Below are positions 28,968-36,456 of a stretch of DNA of 64,000 nt, piece by piece. The DNA is from an uncultured Gemmatimonadales bacterium (lineage in GTDB: Bacteria > Gemmatimonadota > Gemmatimonadetes > Longimicrobiales > RSA9). The DNA lies in assembly GCA_963798085.1 (NCBI GenBank), contig CAWCRS010000007.1, positions 736,001-800,000 on the forward strand, in the 5' to 3' direction. Positions within the stretch are counted from its first letter, which is position 1; each line of letters opens with the position of its first letter. The notes beneath the pieces are model-generated. The model did no database searches. It was not told the DNA's origin and saw nothing but the letters and a program-made list of their open reading frames with translations. The position numbers and the translations under genes are program-made.

Positions 28968-30641
28968 GTGACCATTCCGCCTGAAGAAGCGTTCAAGGAA
29001 CGACTGGGCTTGCACGAGCTACTTGGCTTTTGGCCATCCTGGGAATTCGTCGACGCTCGCTTGGCACGGTTACCACTCGGATTTGTGCTCGACATCCTCG
29101 GCCGCATTAGCATGCTCCTGTATCACAGACCACAACAAGCAAATGCAGGAGTGCTAACGGCGTTGTTTGGCGACGGCAGTCCAGTTCTGAAGGCCCTCCA
29201 CAAAGCAGGGCCGGATTCCGTTACGGTATTCGACGAGATTCTGACAATCAACGCCACTAAGCGTGCGCTAATGGTGTGCCCCCGCGGCCGACCGCTTGAG
29301 TTGGACGCGCCGAAGATCTTAGGTACGGCTCTCCTGGCAGTGGGTGGGCTTATTGACAGGGAATTTGTAGTCGCGCCAGCGATCGCAAGGAAACCGGCTG
29401 GTCGAAGCAGGAGCAATGCACATCTCTTGGCCAACGGCTTGTTCAATCGACCGAGCGTGGAAAGACACGAGGAGGCGCGCGCCTACTTGCTTTATCTGCG
29501 GGACCACGACGACCCGCGACACAGTCCATTTTACATGAACCTCCCGCAGCGCCTGCAGAACATTTCCGGACTGGATTCGATCACTTTTCTGTCGATCCTG
29601 CACTCGGTTTCGTCCTTGTGGCGAGGACGGCAGCAAATCGCTCTAATTAACACGGGGTCGGTTTTCGATAGATCTCACTTTCAGCGAAGTCTCTCGCTAT
29701 CGGATGATGACCTTCAACAGTACCTAGGCGTAGTCAGTCAGTCGCTGGACAGTGCAGTTGCAACGGCACACGCCCTCCATGGTGCGGCTGAATGGTCGAC
29801 ATATGATCGCATTTATCTAGCGAAGCATCCCGTGTTAGATGATGGACAACGGATCTATTGTCCCTCGGTGAAGTTGTTGTCAGAAAAACTCACTACTGGT
29901 CTTCATCACGTATTCTTGGCACCGGACAACGGTCTAACAGAGGACCAGCGGAAGCAATTTCTCGATTTCATGGGCGCTGTTTTCGAGAAGTATGTTGTCG
30001 ATGCTCTACCGGGCGCCTTCCAAGGAACCGTTATGATGGAAAGGGATCTTCAAATCAGACAGTCGGATCGCGTGTGCGATGCCGCGATTCTGAGTGGCTC
30101 CGGTCTGATTCTTCTTGAGGTAAAAGCTGGGTTGCTTCCGGCTGATGCGGTGGCTGGGCGCTCCTGGGATGTCTTTCGGCGAAAGGCGACGCAGACGGTT
30201 GTCGAAGCGGCCGCTCAGATATCGGCTACAGTTGACTCCGTGCAATCGGGCGCATTGGAAGGACGCGGCATCGCTCGGGACGTAGCTCCTATCATTCCAC
30301 TTGTCGTTACGTTAGAGCACTTCCCGATTACGCCGGCAATGTATGATGAACTCGACGCCGATATTCGGGGTCAAGGAATGCTCAGGCAAACAAACGTATT
30401 GCCATGGCAGCTCATGAATGTCTCGGACCTTGAGGTTTGCGAGGGGTGGCGAGCAATCAATGAAGATCCCGTGCAGGTGGTGCTGAAGCGAGCGTTGCAT
30501 AGGACCGGTCCGAAATACCCATTCTCTAATTATCGCTGGGCTCACCATCCGGAAGTCGGTGAAGCATTTAGTCCGCGACTGAACGTCGCGTGGAATGAAA
30601 TCGTCAGACTCATTTCCGGGTACAATTCCGGGAGGCCATAA
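28968..30641 (+). CDS. Hypothetical 557-aa protein with C-terminal PD-(D/E)xK (NERD-like) nuclease
   Basis: MGAVFEKYV...VCDAAI...ILLEVKAG; long uninterrupted ORF in DNA visibly more AT-rich than its flanks. Confidence 0.7.
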   Translation: MTIPPEEAFKERLGLHELLGFWPSWEFVDARLARLPLGFVLDILGRISMLLYHRPQQANAGVLTALFGDGSPVLKALHKAGPDSVTVFDEILTINATKRALMVCPRGRPLELDAPKILGTALLAVGGLIDREFVVAPAIARKPAGRSRSNAHLLANGLFNRPSVERHEEARAYLLYLRDHDDPRHSPFYMNLPQRLQNISGLDSITFLSILHSVSSLWRGRQQIALINTGSVFDRSHFQRSLSLSDDDLQQYLGVVSQSLDSAVATAHALHGAAEWSTYDRIYLAKHPVLDDGQRIYCPSVKLLSEKLTTGLHHVFLAPDNGLTEDQRKQFLDFMGAVFEKYVVDALPGAFQGTVMMERDLQIRQSDRVCDAAILSGSGLILLEVKAGLLPADAVAGRSWDVFRRKATQTVVEAAAQISATVDSVQSGALEGRGIARDVAPIIPLVVTLEHFPITPAMYDELDADIRGQGMLRQTNVLPWQLMNVSDLEVCEGWRAINEDPVQVVLKRALHRTGPKYPFSNYRWAHHPEVGEAFSPRLNVAWNEIVRLISGYNSGRP

Positions 30642-30876
30642 GAGAGCAGACAATTGAGCGGTCGGCCTGACGGTGGCTGGAAGATCCCGACTACGCGGGA
30701 TCGCTCCATCCACGGCGATAGGAACACTTTGATTTCCGCCAAGCGAATTCTGCTATGGCTCCTACGGCCGCGGGCATCATTGTCCGAGTTGCCTCTTCTG
30801 ATCGCTCGACAACAAGGGTCGGTGTCGGCGTGGCCCCCCGCGGATCCGACAACGTGGCCGATCTGCTGCAGAGTGT

Positions 30877-32031
30877 CTGGTACTAACTTGCCCAAGATCG
30901 CGTTATCATGTAGATAGGGGTCCACAGTATTCACTCCTCGCGGAGCGAGCACCATGGGCCGGGCGACCGAGATCGTATTGACGGTGCAGCAGCGGCAGAC
31001 GCTGGAAGCGTGGAGCCGCAGCAAGGTCATGGAGTTTCGCTATGTGGAGCGCGCTCGCATCATCCTCAATGCGGCGCGCGGGGACAGCACGAGCGCGATT
31101 GCGCGACGGCATCAGGTGCGCCCCGCGACCGTGAGCAAGTGGCGGCTTCGTTTCGCGGCGCAGGGTGTGAAGGGCCTGGACGACGCGGCGCGGACGGGGG
31201 CGCCAGCCGCCTACGACGAGGACACCGAGCGGCGCATCCTGGCGCAACTGGATGAACCGGCGCCGCGCGGTTTTGCGCAGTGGAACGGGCGGTTGGTGGC
31301 GGAAACGCTGGGCAATGTGTCGCAGGCCCACGTCTGGCGGGTACTGCGCAAGCACCAGATCCAACTGCAACGGCGCCGGAGCTGGTGCATCAGCACGGAC
31401 CCCGAGTTCGGTCCCAAGGCGGCCGATATCATTGCGCTGTACCTGAACCCACCCGAAAACGCGATCGTGCTGAGTATCAATGAAAAGCCGCACATCCAGG
31501 CTCTGGAGCGGGCTCAGGGCTACCTGCGGCTGCCGAATGGCCGCGCGATCAGCGGCTTCAGCCACGACTACCAGCGTCACGGAACCACCACGTTGTTCGC
31601 TGCCCTCAATGTGTTCACGGGTCAGATCAGGGCCGGGCACTACCAGCGCCGCCGCCGCCGGGAATTCCTCCACTTCATGAACGAGGTTGTCGCGGACTAT
31701 CCGGCCGACGTGGAGATCCATGTGATCCTGGACAACCTGAGTACGCACAAGCCCAGGCACGACCACTGGCTCGCACGGCACAAGAACGTCCACTTCCACT
31801 ACACTCCCACCCACGCCAGTTGGATCAACCAGGTGGAATTCTGGTTCAGCATCATGGCGCGCGCGGCACTTCGGGGCGCCAGCTTCACATCACCGGAGCA
31901 GGTCCGCGAAGCCATCAATGCATTCGTCGCCGTCTACAACCCCCGGGCCACGCCCTTCGAATGGCGCAAGGAAGTCGTACACCCGGTGCCGCTCAAGCAC
32001 CGTTACGCTGACTTGTGCAAGTAAGAACTAG
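30877..32031 (+). mobile_element. IS630-family insertion sequence
   Basis: Imperfect terminal IRs CTGGTACTAACTTGCCCAAG and reverse complement CTAGTTCTTACTTGCACAAG, flanking the transposase. Confidence 0.85.
30954..32024 (+). CDS. IS630-family transposase with first catalytic Asp replaced by Asn
   Basis: STDPEFGPKAADIIALYLNPPENAIVLSINEKP, YQRHGTTTLFAAL, ILDNLSTHK, HYTPTHASWINQVE. Confidence 0.92.
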   Translation: MGRATEIVLTVQQRQTLEAWSRSKVMEFRYVERARIILNAARGDSTSAIARRHQVRPATVSKWRLRFAAQGVKGLDDAARTGAPAAYDEDTERRILAQLDEPAPRGFAQWNGRLVAETLGNVSQAHVWRVLRKHQIQLQRRRSWCISTDPEFGPKAADIIALYLNPPENAIVLSINEKPHIQALERAQGYLRLPNGRAISGFSHDYQRHGTTTLFAALNVFTGQIRAGHYQRRRRREFLHFMNEVVADYPADVEIHVILDNLSTHKPRHDHWLARHKNVHFHYTPTHASWINQVEFWFSIMARAALRGASFTSPEQVREAINAFVAVYNPRATPFEWRKEVVHPVPLKHRYADLCK

Positions 32032-32159
32032 GGCGCGGCTTGAGATCATTGTTCCCTGGCAACATGGGCGGCGAGCGCCGAAGCGGCTGAGCTAGTCGAA
32101 GAGATACTGATTGTGCAACCGCAATGAACGGTCTGGCCAGCCGTTTCGTAACCGCAGCC

Positions 32160-32510
32160 ATGAACATTCTCAGTGACCATCAGCTAGCATATCTGCTCGA
32201 GTCGGCGTTCCTTGTATTCTTCGCAGTGGGGTTGCTGAAAGATCTGCGCGATCGACGTCGGGCACGAGCCTCGAGCATAAAGGCGGTGGTAACGCGCGGT
32301 GAAAGGAGCTTTGGTCACATCGCGTCCGCTTTCGCAGCGGGAGTGTTCCTAATCAACTTTATCGTCACGCAGACAGACGCGTTCGGGAGCTACAGACTTG
32401 CAGTGGCCACGTTTGACTTCGCCGCTTGGGCCTGGGCCAGCTTCCTCTTTGGATGGTGGCGGAACAGGGTCGTCAGCTTCATGGACGGCCTCCACCGAGA
32501 CAACCACTGA
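32160..32510 (+). CDS. Hypothetical small membrane protein
   Basis: Three hydrophobic segments; alternative start at 32124. Confidence 0.5.
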   Translation: MNILSDHQLAYLLESAFLVFFAVGLLKDLRDRRRARASSIKAVVTRGERSFGHIASAFAAGVFLINFIVTQTDAFGSYRLAVATFDFAAWAWASFLFGWWRNRVVSFMDGLHRDNH

Positions 32511-32562
32511 GGATTGACACAGAAGGGCTTTTGGCGTGAGATGTCCGAGCAACTCCGCGCGA

Positions 32563-32673
32563 CTGGATTTACCGCGCACATTCGTTGGCTTCAGTAGTAC
32601 AGACATCCGAAGCTAGAGATTGATGCTGGCTTGGAAGGCCAACGAAAAGATCGATTTCAACTTCTGCGACTGC
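32563..32673 (+). pseudogene. Relic of the N-terminus of a ThsB/MTH538-like TIR-domain gene
   Basis: LPRTFVGFSSTDIRS*RLMLAWKANEKIDFNFCDC with internal TAG at 32614-32616; similarity ends abruptly. Confidence 0.6.
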
Positions 32674-32740
32674 GATCCGCGCCCTGACCCGACCCTGAGG
32701 TCGCCGCGGGAGTTGGCAACGTACAATGCGCGGAACGGAC

Positions 32741-32876
32741 ATCCGCTTGCACCGGCGCCGTTGAGAGCGCCTTCGAAGAGTGCGGATAGAAGAGTGGTCC
32801 GGGGGCGCGTGCCGACCTTGGTCGGCTGGAGTCCACCACGTTGGACCCTTCACACCGAGTGCCTTCTCATAGACGG
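32741..32876 (+). mobile_element. Putative IS110 right-end non-coding region
   Basis: Stems atccgc/gcggat with inner ggcgc/gcgcc and internal loops, plus hairpin gccgacc/ggtcggc. Ends gccttctcataGACGG versus left-end GAAGG. Resemblance to IS110 right ends is from memory. Confidence 0.45.
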
Positions 32877-33096
32877 GCGCTGAGGACGTCGGAATCCTTA
32901 CCCGGAAGCGGGGAGCGAGTGGGGGGCTGGTGGCGTGGATTGTGGCGGGGACTTTCGTGACGCATTGTACGGACGTGGAAGGGTCGGGGCGCCGCGTGTT
33001 GATCCGGCCACTGTGTCCGTGGCGGCCCCTGTGTTGAAGGATGCGTTCCCATGCTGGACATCCGATCCAGAGCTGCGACGCGGGAGGAGTGCGACA

Positions 33097-33492
33097 ATGG
33101 CGGTGAAGGCGGCGACACATCTCATGTTCGAAGGCGATGCGACGGCGGCGCTCGAGCTGTATGGGGCGGTGTTCCCGGCGTTCCGGGTGGAACATGTGGA
33201 GCGTTACGCGGCGGGTGAAGCCGGTGCGGAAGGGACCGTGAGGCTGGCTTCGGCTTCGCTGGGCGGGCACGCGCTCATCGTCATCGACAGTCCGGTGAAG
33301 CACGGTTTCACGTTCACGCCGGCAATGTCGCTGTTCGTCGAGTGCGAAAGTGCCGAGGAACTGGACGCGGCCTTCGCCACGCTTTCTGCGGGCGGCCAGG
33401 TCTTCATGCCGCTGGACAACTACGGCTTCAGCCGTCGCTTCGGCTGGTGCAGCGATCGCTTTGGCGTGTCGTGGCAGCTCAACCTCGCCTGA
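33097..33492 (+). CDS. VOC/PhnB-like (3-demethylubiquinone methyltransferase-like) protein
   Basis: THLMFEGDA, FTFTPAMSLFVEC, MPLDNYGFSRRFGWCSDRFGVSWQL. Confidence 0.9.
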   Translation: MAVKAATHLMFEGDATAALELYGAVFPAFRVEHVERYAAGEAGAEGTVRLASASLGGHALIVIDSPVKHGFTFTPAMSLFVECESAEELDAAFATLSAGGQVFMPLDNYGFSRRFGWCSDRFGVSWQLNLA

Positions 33493-33600
33493 GCGGCGGT
33501 GGCGCCTGTCCGAATGCACAGTCGTGTCCGTCCGGCGTGACCTGCGTCCTGTGCTGCGGCCAGCCATGAGGCGGGCAGGCCGGCAACGAGCATCAGGCGC

Positions 33601-34344
33601 GTGATCAAACGCCCTCGCGGCCTGCTCTTCGACTACGGTGGCACGCTGGTCGAGGAGGTTGCGTTCGACAGGCGGGCGGGCATCGAGCTGCTGCTCGCGC
33701 ACAGCGTGGAGCGGCGCGCGGGCGTCAGCCCCGACGAGATCATCGAGCGCGCCGAGCGCGTGACGCGGGAGGTGGCCGATCGTCGCGATCAGCTCGGCAT
33801 CGAGACGCCGTGGGCTTCCCTGACGCGGCTGATTCACGACTATTTCGGGACCCGGTTCGATGCTCCACTGGCCGAGCTGGAACTCGCGTTCTGGAACGCG
33901 GCCGTGCAGACCCGGCCAATGCCGGGTGTGCGCGAGGCGCTCGACGCATTCCAGCGCTCCGGCATCGCCATGGGTGTGGTGAGTAACACCCTGTTCGGGC
34001 ACAACGTCATACGACACGAGCTCGCGAAACACGATCTTGCCGACTACATGGCTTTTGTCATTGCCTCCGCCGATTACGCGGTACGCAAACCGGATCCGCT
34101 GCTGCTCGAGGTCGCCGCGGCGCGACTGGGTGTGCCACGCAGTGAAGTGTGGTTCGTCGGCGACCGGCTGGACACCGATGTCAGAGGCGCGCGCGCCGCC
34201 GGCATGACGGCCGTCTGGTTCGGACCGGACGCCGGGACGCAGCACCCGGACGCAGACCTGCACGCTGCCACGTGGGGCGACGTCGCCGGCATGGTCCGCG
34301 CAGCCGCAGCCGCGGTGAGCCCGACCGTGGCACCCGTGCCGTGA
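33601..34344 (+). CDS. HAD-superfamily hydrolase
   Basis: LLFDYGGTL, VVSN, RKPDP and FVGDRLDTDVRGA. Confidence 0.88.
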   Translation: MIKRPRGLLFDYGGTLVEEVAFDRRAGIELLLAHSVERRAGVSPDEIIERAERVTREVADRRDQLGIETPWASLTRLIHDYFGTRFDAPLAELELAFWNAAVQTRPMPGVREALDAFQRSGIAMGVVSNTLFGHNVIRHELAKHDLADYMAFVIASADYAVRKPDPLLLEVAAARLGVPRSEVWFVGDRLDTDVRGARAAGMTAVWFGPDAGTQHPDADLHAATWGDVAGMVRAAAAAVSPTVAPVP

Positions 34345-34439
34345 GCCGGCTGCCACTCGACTCGCGAACCCGCCAGCGTGCAGCCGGCGCCGCACTTGGC
34401 GTGACTTCACGCTGGCTGACATGACAACGAGTCGGTCGC

Positions 34440-34967
34440 ATGGCGTTCGATCCATCCTCTGATTTCGACATTGCGGCACTCCATGCTGCGCTCAATGCGC
34501 AACGCCGCGCTCTGGGCATGAGCTGGCCACAGGCAGCACTCGCCATCAGTGCCGCATTCGGTCGCGCACGCAATCGACCGCTCAGTCCATCCACACTGAC
34601 CGGCATGACCCGGAGAACAGTGCTGGAAGGCGATGGCGTCCTGCAGATGCTGCGCTGGCTGAATCGAACACCCGAGAGCTTCACACGCGGTGGCCCCGCC
34701 GCGAGAGCGGACGGCGCCGCGTTGCCGGCTGTGGGCCGCGAAGAAATATTGCGTTTTGACGCGGCCGCCTTGTACGCGGCGCTGGATGCGCAGCGACTCG
34801 AACGCGCACTTACCTGGAAACAGGTCGCGAGCGAAATCGGCGGCATCAGCGCGGCCACGCTGACACAACTGGCAAAAGGCGGAAGAACGGGGTTTCCGCA
34901 CGTCATGCGCATGACCCGCTGGCTGGGCCGGCCAGCCGCGCATTTCACGCGCGGTTTCGATCGCTGA
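34440..34967 (+). CDS. Hypothetical protein made of two tandem XRE/HTH-like repeats
   Basis: FDIAALHAALNAQRRALGMSW...WLNRTPESF and FDAAALYAALDAQRLERALTW...WLGRPAAHF. Confidence 0.7.
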   Translation: MAFDPSSDFDIAALHAALNAQRRALGMSWPQAALAISAAFGRARNRPLSPSTLTGMTRRTVLEGDGVLQMLRWLNRTPESFTRGGPAARADGAALPAVGREEILRFDAAALYAALDAQRLERALTWKQVASEIGGISAATLTQLAKGGRTGFPHVMRMTRWLGRPAAHFTRGFDR

Positions 34968-35034
34968 AGCCTGCCTGCGATCGCGAGAGCAGCGGCCCCG
35001 CACCAGAAGACGACCGCCCGACCGCCCCACTGCC

Positions 35035-35106
35035 CTCCCACCACTCCGCGGTGAATCAACCCCCCAAAACGCCGTACTCCGCGCCCTCCTCCCACTCAGC
35101 GGTCAG
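35035..35106 (-). repeat. 72-bp REP-like repeat, right (inverted) copy
   Basis: Reverse complement ctgaccgctgag...gggcgcggagtacggcgtt...ttcaccgcggag...gggag aligns with 26712-26783. Confidence 0.7.
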
Positions 35107-36375
35107 CGTTGTTTCCGGAGAACGCGTGAGATGAGACTGCTCTTCGCGGACTGTGCGACGCGGGCATTGTGCGCGCGCTGGTACAGGTACTTCGCATCCC
35201 GCTCGCCGACTTCGAGCGATGCGAACTGCTGCGCCATTTCCTGCAGGTCCTGCTGCTCTTCTTCCAGCCCCGCGTCCGTATAGGGAGATGCGGCGAAGCA
35301 CGCGAAGCTCGCGTGCAGCGCGCTGGCGGCCGCGGGCGCGTCGCCGGCACGGTAGTGCTCGATCGCCTGCTCCCGTGCCCGTGCCGCGTCGAGATAGAGC
35401 ATCTCCTTGCGCACCTCCGGATCAATGCGCGGACCGTCGGCCAGCGAGATGCTGAGCGGCAGGCGGATGTCGGATTGCGCGATGCCGGCTGCGGCTACCA
35501 CCTGTGCACTCACGACAATGTCCGCGAGCAGCACGGCATCCCGGGTATCGCCGGTCGACTGCAGTCTGAATTCGATCAGCAGACTGCGGGGCTCACGCAC
35601 GTAGAGATCGCCAATGTCGAGCCGCAGCACGCGTCCCTGCGTGGTGCGCGGATAGCCGTGGTGCACGGCAACGAGCTGCGCCGCAGGCGAGGGATCGATG
35701 GTGACGGCGAGGTTCTGGGCGCAGAGAATGGAGCAGGCCTTCGGCTTCGTCGGCAAAGATGCCCGCCGCCTGATCGGGCTTCTCGATGTAGTAGAGATTG
35801 CCGCCACCAGCCTCGGCCATGGCGCGCAGCAGCGACTCGTCGTAATCCTCGCCGAAGCCGATTGCCGTAGTCGAGATGCCGTTCTCCCGCGCGCTCGCGC
35901 ACATCCCCACGAGTGAGGGGGCATCCGTGATGCCGACGTTCGCCAGGCCGTCGGTCAGCAGCAGGATGCGGTGTGCGCCGGACTGGCCGCGCGCACGCGC
36001 CACCAGCTCGCGGCCCCGCAGCCAGCCGCCGCTCAGGTTCGTGGACCCGCCGGACTCAATGCGTTCGATGCGCTGCGCCAGATCCTGCTGCGCAGTGCCC
36101 GTGGCCGGCTCGGCTACCGTCGCAACGTCCTGATCGTAGGCGACGACACTAACCACGTCTTCGGAGCGCAGCCTGCGCACCAGCATGGCCGCCGCCTGCC
36201 GCGCCGCCTCCAGCTTGGGGCCCGCCATGGAGCCGGAGCGGTCGAGCACGATCGCCAGGTTGACCGGCGCGCGACCGCCGGCGGGTGGTGCTTCGCCTTC
36301 AATGCGCAGCAGCGCGCGGATGGTGTGCTGGCCGGGGGCGGGGACTTCGTCGTCCAGGAGAATCGTGGTCTTCAT
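35103..36375 (-). CDS. vWA-domain protein, with a +1 frameshift near 35730
   Basis: VLDRSGSM MIDAS, GGSTNL, LLTDG, GFGEDYDE; continues as LCAQNLAV... in ORF 35103-35924; RBS ggagg. Confidence 0.85.
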
Positions 36376-36413
36376 CTGCGCAGCCTCCGTTGTCTGGGAA
36401 CCGAGCCCAACAG

Positions 36414-36437
36414 AAGATGGCAGGGGGGTGTGACAGT
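36414..36437 (-). promoter_or_regulatory. Second candidate PafBC-type promoter motif, upstream of the vWA gene
   Basis: Minus strand ACTGTCAC-acccccctgc-CATCTT (TGTCAC-N10-CA-N3-T), ending 38 nt before the vWA ATG. Confidence 0.5.
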
Positions 36438-36456
36438 GACGCGCCGTGAACGCGGG

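Noticed and set aside
32569..34479. 636-aa minus-strand ORF and many similar long antisense ORFs (e.g. 3824-5266, 21849-23531, 37072-39285, 58951-60726)
   Set aside because: Arg/Ala/Gly-rich shadow frames of well-supported genes in high-GC DNA, with no motifs.
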